Origin: Planctomycetota bacterium
Lineage (GTDB): Bacteria > Planctomycetota > UBA8108 > UBA1146
Reading direction: 5' to 3'
Length of the DNA: 63,672 bases
Assembly: GCA_028825265.1 (NCBI GenBank)
Contig: JAPKAM010000005.1
Location: forward strand, 1-63,672
The notes below the pieces were generated by a model that saw only the letters and a list, made by a program, of their open reading frames with translations, did no database searches and was not told the origin of the DNA. Of the stretch, positions 18,484-28,087 are shown in pieces. Within the stretch, counting starts at the first letter, position 1. Every line of letters starts with the position of its first letter. A program made the translations under genes and the position numbers.

Positions 18484-20232
18484 ATGCGAACCTTTGCCAT
18501 CACGATGTACTTCTGTTCCCTGATGTGGATCCCCGCAATTGCGACGGCCTCCGATGGATCCGAACCAAAACTCACTGAGATGCAGCAGAAGTTGATCGAT
18601 ATCGGAATCGAAGATAACCAGGTGGTCGACGTCCTGGACCAACTGGTCAACGGCATCGGTCCTCGGTTGACCGGCAGTCACCAGGATCATCTGGCTTGTG
18701 AATGGGCGCGGGATCTGTTCATCGAGTTCGGTCTGGAAAACGTCAAGATGGAAGAAGCAGGACAATTCAATGTCGGCTTCCAGCGGGGTGCGTGGCGAGG
18801 CCACATGATCTCCCCCGAGCGGGTCGATCTTGAGTTCGGTACTCCTGCCTGGTCTGCGGGCACCAGAGGAGTGCAAGAGGGTCCGGCAGTGCTGCTACCG
18901 GATTCGGTCGAGGACCTCGATGTGGATGCGATGAAGGGCGCGTGGATCGTGCGCCCTGCTCAGCGAGGACGGCAGGATCGCGAGGCGCGTCAAGCTCAGC
19001 GTGAGGTGACCGAAAAGCTCGAAGGTGCGGGAATCGCCGGCTGGATCTACCCGACCCGTGGCGAGAACATCAACGTGTACGGCAATCATCGGATCACCTG
19101 GGATGATCTACCGACGATTCCGCGCATCAACCTGCGCAAAGATCAGTACGACATGATTGTGGAGAAGTTGAATGGCGATGAGGAGGTCACTCTTCGCATC
19201 GACGTCCGCAACCACTTCCAGCCAGGACCAGCCAAGTTTTACAACGTAGTTGGCGATATTGTGGGCAGCGAGTTTCCCGATGAATACGTCATCGTGGGGG
19301 GCCATATCGATTCATGGGATGGGGCTACAGGGACCACCGATAACGGTACTGGAACCGCCACGACCATCGAAGCCGCACGGATGTTGATGGCCACTGGAGC
19401 GAAGCCACGTCGTACCATTCGTTTCATGCTATGGAGCGGTGAAGAGCAAGGGCTGCTCGGCTCGAAAGCCTGGGTCGATCAGAACCCGGAACTGCTCGAT
19501 AAAATCTCTGCTGTGTTCGTCTATGACGGTGGACCCAATGCCATCGCAGGACTTCCCGCGACCGCAGCGATGAAAGATGATTTTGAAAAAGTCTTCACTC
19601 CGATGATGGATCTTAATCCCGACCTACCGTTCAAACTCACCGATGTCGATGGAATCCCCCGCGGTATCGGAAGTGACCACGAGTCGTTCCTCGCCCGCGG
19701 TGTTCCCGGCTTCTTCTGGACACAGGAAGGGCGAGCAGATACATGGCACGGTATTCACACACAGTTTGACACCTTTGATCTGGTGATTCCTGAATACCTG
19801 GAGCATTCGACCACGGTGATTGCTCTCGCTGCACTGGGTGTCGGTAATCTCGACGGTCTTCTTTCTCGTGAAGGAATGCTGGAAGAGAATGGCGGTCGTC
19901 GCCGCGGCGGTGGTGGCCGGAGACTGGGCGTGATGCTCGATGGAACCACCCTTGTCGAGGTGATGCCAGATTCGACCGCTGCCAAGGCCGGGATGAAGGC
20001 GGGCGATAAGATCATCAAGATCGGAGATGAAGAAGTGTCCGATCGTCGTTCACTGATTCGCGCCATCATGGGAGGTGAATCGAAGCGCAAGGTCGTATTC
20101 GAACGCGAAGGAAAGAAGATGGAAGCCATCATCGAATGGCCGCGGCCTGATGGAGAGGGCTCTGAGGACGCAGCCCCCGCAAAGCCGAAGGTCGAGAAAA
20201 AGGAAGAGAAAAAACGAGGAGCTGTTCGCTGA
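18484..20232 (+). CDS. M28 family (carboxypeptidase Q-like) peptidase with C-terminal PDZ domain
   Basis: IGPRLTGS, GGHIDSWD...DNGTG, WSGEEQGLLGS, SDH, HTQFD; PDZ LGVML...AAKAGMKAGDKI. Confidence 0.92.
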   Translation: MRTFAITMYFCSLMWIPAIATASDGSEPKLTEMQQKLIDIGIEDNQVVDVLDQLVNGIGPRLTGSHQDHLACEWARDLFIEFGLENVKMEEAGQFNVGFQRGAWRGHMISPERVDLEFGTPAWSAGTRGVQEGPAVLLPDSVEDLDVDAMKGAWIVRPAQRGRQDREARQAQREVTEKLEGAGIAGWIYPTRGENINVYGNHRITWDDLPTIPRINLRKDQYDMIVEKLNGDEEVTLRIDVRNHFQPGPAKFYNVVGDIVGSEFPDEYVIVGGHIDSWDGATGTTDNGTGTATTIEAARMLMATGAKPRRTIRFMLWSGEEQGLLGSKAWVDQNPELLDKISAVFVYDGGPNAIAGLPATAAMKDDFEKVFTPMMDLNPDLPFKLTDVDGIPRGIGSDHESFLARGVPGFFWTQEGRADTWHGIHTQFDTFDLVIPEYLEHSTTVIALAALGVGNLDGLLSREGMLEENGGRRRGGGGRRLGVMLDGTTLVEVMPDSTAAKAGMKAGDKIIKIGDEEVSDRRSLIRAIMGGESKRKVVFEREGKKMEAIIEWPRPDGEGSEDAAPAKPKVEKKEEKKRGAVR

Positions 20233-20270
20233 GAACTTCAGAACCACGCACTACAGGGCGTTCGAGTCGG

Positions 20271-21560
20271 ATGGGTTTCACTCTTCGACCCGAACGCCTT
20301 TTTGAATTCACATTGAAATCCACCTTCGGATCCAGCGTCGGTTGGCTGTGCGGTCTCTGGCTGAGCATCGCCACTCCAGCGGGGATGCTCCATGCGGTAG
20401 ATTCCATCACCTCGCATGTGCCCAAGCCGATCAATATCGAAGTGGATGTGCGAGAAGCGGAAACCGAAATGTTTCTGCTCGTCGATGAAACCTTGTTTCT
20501 CCACTGGTTTTCTCTCGCCCCCAAAGCGATCGATGACCTCGATCCGGAGGTGAAGAGCGAATGGGGAGACTATGGAAATCGAGTGGTGGAATGGCTCGAT
20601 TTGCATGCGCCAGTTCAGGTGGATGGGGTCCAGCTGATTCCAGTGCTTACTGATCTGGAGTATCAGGAAGGATTCGATCTTAACGATCTGATGAACTTCG
20701 TCGCCATCACCGTGACCTATCCGACCAAGGCGCGGCCCCGGCAGCTTGATTTCATCTGGAGTCGGTTCGACACCGAAGATGGTTTTCCTCTCGAATCGGT
20801 CTATTACGTGCTCTCCACCAGAGACGATTATCAGGTATACCGATTCCAGGAAGACACACCCGGCTGGAGCTGGAGCCCGCCCGAGGCGGAGATGATGATC
20901 GACCCGGAGCTGGTGGCACCGGGAATCCGCATGCCGTGGTTCAGTATCGACCTCCTTCCGGTTCTGTTCAGTATCATTGGTGTGATCGTGGTCTGGAGAT
21001 CGAAGCGATTCACAAGGATCACGGTCGCCACTGGATTGATCTGCGCTGCATTCGCCTTATTTTTCCTGGGAGAAACCAAGGTCGATGTCCGTCCATTCTG
21101 GCTCTCGCCAGTGGTGCTGCCTCCTCCCGATCAAGCGGAAGCCCTTTTCGAAAGTCTTCACAGGAACATCTACCGCGCGTTTGACTACGAAGATGAGGAG
21201 CAGATTTACCAACTGCTCGCACGAAGTGTTTCCGGTGAGTTACATCAGCAAATTTACGACGAGATTCACGAAAGCCTGATGATGCGGATCGAAGAGGATG
21301 CGGTCTGCGATGTACGTGCAGTGCGATCTCTAGACACAGAAGTCATCGCTAATCCTAAGGTGGTGGAGCCGATGTTTCGGGTCCGTGCCCGGTGGGAAGT
21401 GATCGGTACAGTGAAGCACTGGGGACACAGCCACTGGCGGAAGAATTTATCAACAGCGCTGTACGATGTTCGTTGGATTCCTGAAATCGGATGGCGAATC
21501 GATGGAGTCGATATGGTGGAACAACGACGTCTGGATGATGGTCAGGAGTTGATCAAATGA
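20271..21560 (+). CDS. Hypothetical membrane protein leading the ABC transporter cluster
   Basis: Two central TM helices; C-terminal HWGHSH motif; stop overlaps the next ATG (ATGA); start uncertain. Confidence 0.7.
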   Translation: MGFTLRPERLFEFTLKSTFGSSVGWLCGLWLSIATPAGMLHAVDSITSHVPKPINIEVDVREAETEMFLLVDETLFLHWFSLAPKAIDDLDPEVKSEWGDYGNRVVEWLDLHAPVQVDGVQLIPVLTDLEYQEGFDLNDLMNFVAITVTYPTKARPRQLDFIWSRFDTEDGFPLESVYYVLSTRDDYQVYRFQEDTPGWSWSPPEAEMMIDPELVAPGIRMPWFSIDLLPVLFSIIGVIVVWRSKRFTRITVATGLICAAFALFFLGETKVDVRPFWLSPVVLPPPDQAEALFESLHRNIYRAFDYEDEEQIYQLLARSVSGELHQQIYDEIHESLMMRIEEDAVCDVRAVRSLDTEVIANPKVVEPMFRVRARWEVIGTVKHWGHSHWRKNLSTALYDVRWIPEIGWRIDGVDMVEQRRLDDGQELIK

Positions 21561-22222
21561 CGGGTTCTCCTGTTTCAGTCTCCGACCTGGTTCATTGCCA
21601 TCCGGGTCAACAACATCCGATTCGTGTCGACAAGATCGCCATCGAAGCGGGAGAAAAGGTCGCCATCATGGGGCCATCCGGCTGCGGGAAGACGACGCTT
21701 CTCTCGTGTATTGCTGGCATTCTATGTCCATCCTCGGGCGAGGTTCAGGTCGGGGAAATCAGAATCGACCAGCTATCGGATGCGAAACGCAGGAAGTTTC
21801 GCCGAGAGCACATCGGGCTGGTATTCCAAGAGTTCGAATTGCTCGAACACATCGATGTGAGGGAGAACTGCTATCTTCCGATGTGGCTCGATGGTCGAGA
21901 GCCGACTGCGGAGGAACAATCCAAGTTACTCGAGCGGTCTCGCCGCTGTGGCATCGAGGATCTACTCCACCGGAAACCGAGGGCACTCTCCCAGGGAGAG
22001 AGGCAGCGGGCGGCGGTCTGTAGAGCGCTGATGACATCCCCATCGTTGATCCTGGCCGATGAACCGACTGGCAGTCTCGATGGAAAGTCGGGGAGAGCGG
22101 TACTGGAACTGTTATTTGAGGAGGCCGATTTGACGGCAGCTACGGTCATCGTTGTGACCCATGATTCGTCCATCCTGGCGGGATTCGATCGAGTCGAGTC
22201 GCTGACGGGAAGTGCCTCATGA
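21557..22222 (+). CDS. ABC transporter ATP-binding protein (LolD/MacB-like)
   Basis: GPSGCGKTT, IGLVFQ, LSQGERQR, ILADEPTGSLD, VTHD. Confidence 0.93.
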   Translation: MTGSPVSVSDLVHCHPGQQHPIRVDKIAIEAGEKVAIMGPSGCGKTTLLSCIAGILCPSSGEVQVGEIRIDQLSDAKRRKFRREHIGLVFQEFELLEHIDVRENCYLPMWLDGREPTAEEQSKLLERSRRCGIEDLLHRKPRALSQGERQRAAVCRALMTSPSLILADEPTGSLDGKSGRAVLELLFEEADLTAATVIVVTHDSSILAGFDRVESLTGSAS

Positions 22223-23397
22223 GTGGCCCGATGCTGAGACTGGCTCTACGATCGCTGGCACATCATAAGGTAAGAACCGTGGTACTCGCACTGTGCATTG
22301 CACTGGTCGGGGTGCTTCCTGCTGCGGTCGATGGATTGCTCGATCTGTATCGTGCGAGACTCGAGGCGAGGGCGGTATCGACACCGCTGGTGGTCGGGGC
22401 TCCGGGAAGTCGATCGGATCTGTTGATCCATGCACTCTACTACAGGGGTGTGGTGGAGCGGACCATCGAGATGAAGGTCGCCATGGAAGCGGGCGAATCT
22501 GGTTATGGCGTACCGATTCCCATCCACCTGGAGGGATCGGTGAATCAATATCCGCTGGTTGGAACCACTCCTGATTATCAGGAATTCCGAGGGATCCTTC
22601 TGCCGTCCGGGCAACACTGGCCACAACGATTGGCCGAGGCCGCGGTGGGAACCGGAGTTGCGAAAGCCCTCGATCTTTCGGTCGGCGACTCCATCGCCAC
22701 CGATGTCCATAAACTCCACGATCTGGCTGGATCTTATCCTTTGTTACTGAAGGTGACTGCGGTGATTCCTGCCACGGGCACACCAGACGATGACGCCGTG
22801 TTCGTCAGTTTGCACACCTCCTGGGTGGTCACTGGAGAAGGACATGGGCACCTGGAAATCGACCCGGAGAAGGACTTCCACTTGGTGCTGGAGAGCAAGA
22901 GTAATCACGTCACGGCCTCCGCCGCGGTGGTGGAAGCGGTCGAGGTGACCGCGGAGAACGAGGACAGTTTTCACTTCCATGGAGATCCGGATCAGTTACC
23001 GATCACTGCATTGATCATCCACGCCAAGGATGAGAAGGGTCGCACGATTCTCCGTTCGAGGTTTCGCAGGCAACAGGATCTGCAAACCATCGACTCGGAG
23101 GTGGAGTTGAGAGAACTACTGACGGTCGTGATGAGAGCGAAGGCGATTCTCGATGCCAATTCGATGCTGGTCATGGTGGCGACGACACTCCTTCTGGGAT
23201 TGATCGTGACACTCGATGTGAAAGTCCGGGAGCGAGAAGTGAAAACTTTGGAGAGAATCGGCGCTCCACGGGGTTTTGTTGCTCGTTTGCTCTTCACCGA
23301 GGTTGCCATCGTAGTTCTCTGTGGCGGATTCCTGTCCCACTTGTTGGCCATTGCTGCGATTCGATTCGTGGCGGATGGTCCTCTGCTCTTACCGTGA
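22219..23397 (+). CDS. ABC transporter permease (FtsX/MacB-like) with His-containing periplasmic loop
   Basis: One N-terminal TM, large periplasmic loop, three C-terminal TMs; RE..TL.RIGA motif; GHGH and HFHG. Confidence 0.85.
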   Translation: MSGPMLRLALRSLAHHKVRTVVLALCIALVGVLPAAVDGLLDLYRARLEARAVSTPLVVGAPGSRSDLLIHALYYRGVVERTIEMKVAMEAGESGYGVPIPIHLEGSVNQYPLVGTTPDYQEFRGILLPSGQHWPQRLAEAAVGTGVAKALDLSVGDSIATDVHKLHDLAGSYPLLLKVTAVIPATGTPDDDAVFVSLHTSWVVTGEGHGHLEIDPEKDFHLVLESKSNHVTASAAVVEAVEVTAENEDSFHFHGDPDQLPITALIIHAKDEKGRTILRSRFRRQQDLQTIDSEVELRELLTVVMRAKAILDANSMLVMVATTLLLGLIVTLDVKVREREVKTLERIGAPRGFVARLLFTEVAIVVLCGGFLSHLLAIAAIRFVADGPLLLP

Positions 23398-24368
23398 TAA
23401 AGGACGACTCGATGCGGCCACGTCAATTGATGCTACTCCTGTTGCTGGTGGTGGCTTCGGTCAGTATCGGCTGTTCGATGGATTCGGCACCGGCCGCCGG
23501 TGAGGGTGATTCCTCGATCATCGACAGCGGCACCCCGCTGCAATTGGTGGTTTCCATTTCACCGTTGGCATGGATCGCATCTGAACTGGTGATGGATCTG
23601 GGCGAGGTGACGCCACTGATGCCCACGGCTGCCGACCCAGCCCGCTGGATCCCCGACGATGCCGCTCTGGAGACTCTTGCGGCTGCGGATCTCATCATCC
23701 TCAACGGAGCGAATCTAGAGGGATGGGCTCGAAGATACTCGCTTCCCATCGTCAAGAGCGTCGAGGTGGCTAGGGCCTGTCGTGAGCAATGGCTGCACTA
23801 TCCGGATGTGGTGACTCACAGTCATGGTCCAGAAGGCAGCAGTTCTTACGAGGGGATTGCCGGCCACACCTGGCTCGACCCAGAGCTTCTGATCGTGCAG
23901 GGAGAGAGGATTCTTCATCGGCTGATCCAGCGGTTGCCCGAACATCGGGCTGCACTGGAGAAGCGCTGGAGTCTGCTGGTGCTTCCGCTCGAGGCACTAG
24001 CGAAGCGGATGTCGAAACTGGCCACGACCCATCCGGAACTCTCGGTGCTGACCAGCGGTCCCTTCTGGGTCTATCCCGCGGCCAAGATGGGGTGGTCGAC
24101 CCAACGTATCGATCTCGACCCGCAAGGAAAATGGAACGATGGTCTGGCCGCCGACCTCAAGCAACTTCAGATCCGCAGCGGAGCCCTGATATTGCTTTGG
24201 GATCAAGTTCCAGCGACACCACTGGCCGAGCAAATATTCAACGAAACTGGCCTGGTCAGCGTGGTGTGGCCGGTGGCGGATTCGTTGGGAGAAGACCATC
24301 GGCAGTACCTGGAGATCCAACAACAGGTGCTGGATCGGTTGGAAACCGCCCTGTCAGAGTCCCACTGA
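23394..24368 (+). CDS. Metal ABC substrate-binding lipoprotein (ZnuA/TroA-like)
   Basis: Lipobox-like SIGC; ADLIILNGANLEGW; THSHG; HTWLDP. Confidence 0.85.
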   Translation: MIKDDSMRPRQLMLLLLLVVASVSIGCSMDSAPAAGEGDSSIIDSGTPLQLVVSISPLAWIASELVMDLGEVTPLMPTAADPARWIPDDAALETLAAADLIILNGANLEGWARRYSLPIVKSVEVARACREQWLHYPDVVTHSHGPEGSSSYEGIAGHTWLDPELLIVQGERILHRLIQRLPEHRAALEKRWSLLVLPLEALAKRMSKLATTHPELSVLTSGPFWVYPAAKMGWSTQRIDLDPQGKWNDGLAADLKQLQIRSGALILLWDQVPATPLAEQIFNETGLVSVVWPVADSLGEDHRQYLEIQQQVLDRLETALSESH

Positions 24369-24513
24369 CCGTCCTTGACCTGGCCACAACCAGAGCGGAC
24401 GATCACTGCTGATGTCGTTTTTCTCGGGTGCCGATTTTCGGACCCCATTTCACATGGCGCGCAGTTCCTGCGGCGCCGAAAACTAGGGTTTCGATGGCCC
24501 AGGAGGTATCTCG

Positions 24514-26529
24514 ATGATGAGACCGATCCGATGTGCCCAGTGGCTGCTCACCAGCGGTTTGCTGCTCTTCTCGCCGTTTGTTTTGGCGATCGATGTACCA
24601 GCAGTCTTCAGCGATCACGCAGTCCTTCAGCGCGACATGGATCTGCCAGTGTGGGGAACCGGGGCTCCGGGGACCGAGGTTTCTGTCAGTTTCGCCGGTC
24701 AGGAGAAGAAATCTCAGGTCGACGATCAAGGCCAGTGGTCCGTCACTCTGGAGCCGTTGGCCGCCAGCGCAGAGGGTCGAGCGATGACCATCGTGGGCTC
24801 CGATGGAACCATCGTGGTCAAGGATCTTCTGGTCGGAGAAGTGTGGCTCTGTGGTGGTCAGTCCAACATGGAATGGCAAGTTCGAAGTTCGATGAACTCC
24901 GATGAGGAAATCGCCGCCGGAGATCTTCCCTGGTTGCGAAGGATCAAGGCGCCCCATCTTCTATCCAGGAATCCCGAGTTTGATATTGCTGCGGCGTGGG
25001 AAGTTTCGACCCCGGAGACGGCAGGAAATTTCACGGCGATCGGTACCTTCATGGCACGGCGTCTCTACGAGGAACTGGGAGTTCCTGTTGGATTACTCGA
25101 TGTCAACTGGGGTGGGACTCGTATCGAGCCCTGGACTTCAACTGTGGCGATGAAACGCCATCCAAGGTTCAAGGAACGGGTCTCAAAGTTGGAGAGAGAA
25201 GAGGCTCGCTGGGGGAATCGTTCCGCCGAAGAGATCCAGAAGTTGTATCGCGAACAGGTCGCCCAGTTCGAGAAAAGGACTGGCGAGTGGTGGGACAAGA
25301 AACTAACCGGAGATCCTGGCGTCATCGGATCCTGGGCTGAACCCGCCTTTTCCGATGACAACTGGGAAGAGATGCCAGTTCCAGGACTGTGGGCTGGTGA
25401 GAACCAAGGTTGGGACGGATTCGTCTGGTATCGGAGGACCATCGAAGTTCCCGAGCAGTGGAAGGGGCAGGATCTGCTTCTGCAGCCGGGGGCCATCGAT
25501 GATGCCGACATCACATTCTGGGACGGTCAGGAAATCGGTCGCACCACCAATCAACACGCACTGATGCGCAGTTACACCATCTCCGGTGATCTGGTTCAGT
25601 CCGGCAAGGCAACGATCGCTATCGCCGCCCTCGATACTGGCGGTGCCGGCGGGATCACTGGATCTTCATCGATGATCAAAATCCGTCCAGTCAGCGCCAA
25701 GGAAGATGAAGCGATCCCCCTGGCAGGGAATTGGAAGATCAACCGGGGAAATGCCTTCTCCGGTGATCGAGGTCCGAATCCACCGCAGCCCATCGAGGCT
25801 CCCGGTCGCAAGACCAGCGATCCAGGTGTGATGTTCAATGCGATGCTCTCGCCATTCAGCGGATACGGCATACGAGGAGCCATCTGGTATCAGGGAGAAT
25901 CGAATGCTGGGCAGCCCACCGAGTATGCAGAGTTGTTGCCCCTGATGATCGGGTCGTGGAGAGAAACTTGGGGCCAGGGAGATTTCCCCTTTGGCATCGT
26001 GCAATTGGCAGCGTTCAAGGCAATCAGCGACAACCCGGTCCAGGGTGGCTGGGCCACTCTTCGGGAAGCTCAGGACTTCACTCACCGGGTCGTCCGCAAC
26101 ACCGGGCTCGTCGTTCTGACCGATGTGGGGGATGCACGAGATATCCATCCTCGTAACAAGCAGACGGTTGGCAAGAGACTCGCCGATTGGGCACTCCACC
26201 GCTGCCACGACAGGTCGGACTTACCAGAATCTGGACCCTTTTACCGTAGTCATGAGGTCGATGGAAAGAGCATCGTGCTAGCCTTTGATCATGTCGGAGA
26301 TGGCCTGACCGGCCGTCGTGGACAGAAGATCGATGGATTCGCGCTGCAGGGCACCGATGGAAATTGGCATTGGGGAGAAGTCGAGATTCTGGATGGGGGC
26401 CAACTTCGCATCAGCCATCCAGCCGTGGAGTCGCCAAAGGCAGTCCGATACGCTTGGCAAGACAACCCGGTGAGGGCCAACCTGGTCTCGAGTCATGGAT
26501 TGCCAGCGGCACCCTTCAAGACCGATTGA
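24514..26529 (+). CDS. Sialate O-acetylesterase family (SASA) protein with inserted beta-sandwich
   Basis: FSDHAVLQR, GEVWLCGGQSNM, WGGTRIEPW, IWYQGESN, DIHPRNK, VRYAW. Confidence 0.92.
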   Translation: MMRPIRCAQWLLTSGLLLFSPFVLAIDVPAVFSDHAVLQRDMDLPVWGTGAPGTEVSVSFAGQEKKSQVDDQGQWSVTLEPLAASAEGRAMTIVGSDGTIVVKDLLVGEVWLCGGQSNMEWQVRSSMNSDEEIAAGDLPWLRRIKAPHLLSRNPEFDIAAAWEVSTPETAGNFTAIGTFMARRLYEELGVPVGLLDVNWGGTRIEPWTSTVAMKRHPRFKERVSKLEREEARWGNRSAEEIQKLYREQVAQFEKRTGEWWDKKLTGDPGVIGSWAEPAFSDDNWEEMPVPGLWAGENQGWDGFVWYRRTIEVPEQWKGQDLLLQPGAIDDADITFWDGQEIGRTTNQHALMRSYTISGDLVQSGKATIAIAALDTGGAGGITGSSSMIKIRPVSAKEDEAIPLAGNWKINRGNAFSGDRGPNPPQPIEAPGRKTSDPGVMFNAMLSPFSGYGIRGAIWYQGESNAGQPTEYAELLPLMIGSWRETWGQGDFPFGIVQLAAFKAISDNPVQGGWATLREAQDFTHRVVRNTGLVVLTDVGDARDIHPRNKQTVGKRLADWALHRCHDRSDLPESGPFYRSHEVDGKSIVLAFDHVGDGLTGRRGQKIDGFALQGTDGNWHWGEVEILDGGQLRISHPAVESPKAVRYAWQDNPVRANLVSSHGLPAAPFKTD

Positions 26530-26540
26530 GGGGCGACGAG

Positions 26541-28013
26541 TCAGGGACCACCGACCGCCAGCATCAGATCGAATTGTGCCTGGTTGTGGGAGACGATGGA
26601 ATTGAGGGAAGCGGTTCGAGCTGCGGCGAGATCCGCTTCCCGTCCGAGCAGTTCTTCCAGTAGTGCGGCACCAGCCTTGTAGCGTGAATCGATCAGTGTC
26701 ATCGCTTCTTCTCCAGCTTCCAGTTGACGCTGGGCAGCGGTCATTGCCGATCGTGAAGCTTGCAGCCTGGCCAGGCTCACGCGGATCTGCGCAATGATGC
26801 GAAGTTCCAGTTTTTTCACCTTCAGCTGGATCTCCTCGAAGGCGGCCACCGCCCGTCGATGAGAAGCGGTCGCAGCGAGCCCAAACTGCCAGCCAACCGC
26901 CACTTCAGCGGTCTCCTGGTCCGATAGGTCAGCCGAATCCGCGCCGAATCTACCGACCCTGGATCTGGCGCTGATGGTCGGGCGACCCCATGCAGAAGAC
27001 GCCCGGCTGAGGGATCGAGCCGATTCGGCCCTGGCGCGAGCGGCCATCAGATCGGGCCTTCGGTCGAGTCCTCTTTGGATCAGTTGAGCGACATTCGACG
27101 GGTCCAGCGCGAATCTATTGGGAGTGATTTGGGTCGAAACGGGAACCAGAAATGGATCGAAACTGGGATCATCCGAGAGCACCAAAAATTCAGCGAGTTT
27201 CACCGAGGCGATCTGGGCGTGAGATTGAGCGAGAGCCAGATCTCGATCGGCTGCGGCTTCTTTTGCCAGTGCCCCGAGGAAATCTTCACGCAGCCCATCC
27301 CCGGCATCGAGCCTGGCACTGGCAGTCAGGGCGAGTTGCCGACCAAAACGAACCGCACGCTCTGCGATTTCGATTTCGCCGTGGGATCGGACCAGCTCGT
27401 GAAATAGCTGGGCTCCGCGATGGATGGCAAACTGTTCAGCCCAATAGAGCATCTGTTCGGTGGCTTCGAACTGACCCCGCGCTGCCTGGTGACGATGCCA
27501 ATCTCCCCAAGGATCGAGATCGAAGCGCAGTTCCATTCCAGTGAAGAGGCTGTTCTTCGAAACATCGACGACCGTTCCATCGGTTTCCTGCGCGGCACCA
27601 TCGGTGCGTGCATAATCGATTCTCGGGCCGATGGTTGGCAGGAATGCAGAAGTGGCGATCTGTTGAGTGGCCACTGCCGCATCGAGGCGCTGTCGAGCCA
27701 TATGAATCGACAGCGCTTGGTCCTTGGAGAGCTGTAGAACGACATCCAGTGTGATCGGATAGATCGTAGTCTCGCTGGATGTATCTGCAGGGAGGGGCTC
27801 GTTGGAAACCTCGATCGCCAAATCAGTTAAATCGCCGGGCTCGTCATCGCGTCGCTCGGGTAAACCAATTGTACGGGCAGGATCCTGCTCGACCGTCTCG
27901 ATCGGCTGCGGAATCCAGAGAGCCATTTCACTCGACCGATGACGGGTCGAAGTGTCCGTGCTGCACGAGCTCAGAGCTATGGCCATCAGAGTTATGGCGA
28001 ACCATCGCAACAT
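26541..28013 (-). CDS. TolC-family outer membrane efflux lipoprotein
   Basis: Lipobox ALSSC; OEP-type helical repeats; last gene of the RND operon; ORF open from 28091. Confidence 0.85.
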   Translation of the reverse strand: MLRWFAITLMAIALSSCSTDTSTRHRSSEMALWIPQPIETVEQDPARTIGLPERRDDEPGDLTDLAIEVSNEPLPADTSSETTIYPITLDVVLQLSKDQALSIHMARQRLDAAVATQQIATSAFLPTIGPRIDYARTDGAAQETDGTVVDVSKNSLFTGMELRFDLDPWGDWHRHQAARGQFEATEQMLYWAEQFAIHRGAQLFHELVRSHGEIEIAERAVRFGRQLALTASARLDAGDGLREDFLGALAKEAAADRDLALAQSHAQIASVKLAEFLVLSDDPSFDPFLVPVSTQITPNRFALDPSNVAQLIQRGLDRRPDLMAARARAESARSLSRASSAWGRPTISARSRVGRFGADSADLSDQETAEVAVGWQFGLAATASHRRAVAAFEEIQLKVKKLELRIIAQIRVSLARLQASRSAMTAAQRQLEAGEEAMTLIDSRYKAGAALLEELLGREADLAAARTASLNSIVSHNQAQFDLMLAVGGP

Positions 28014-28087
28014 GATACTCTCCGCTCGATACGAGAAACCGGTCAAATTACTGGACCATGGATGACGGATAGGGTGGGTATCGAGGA

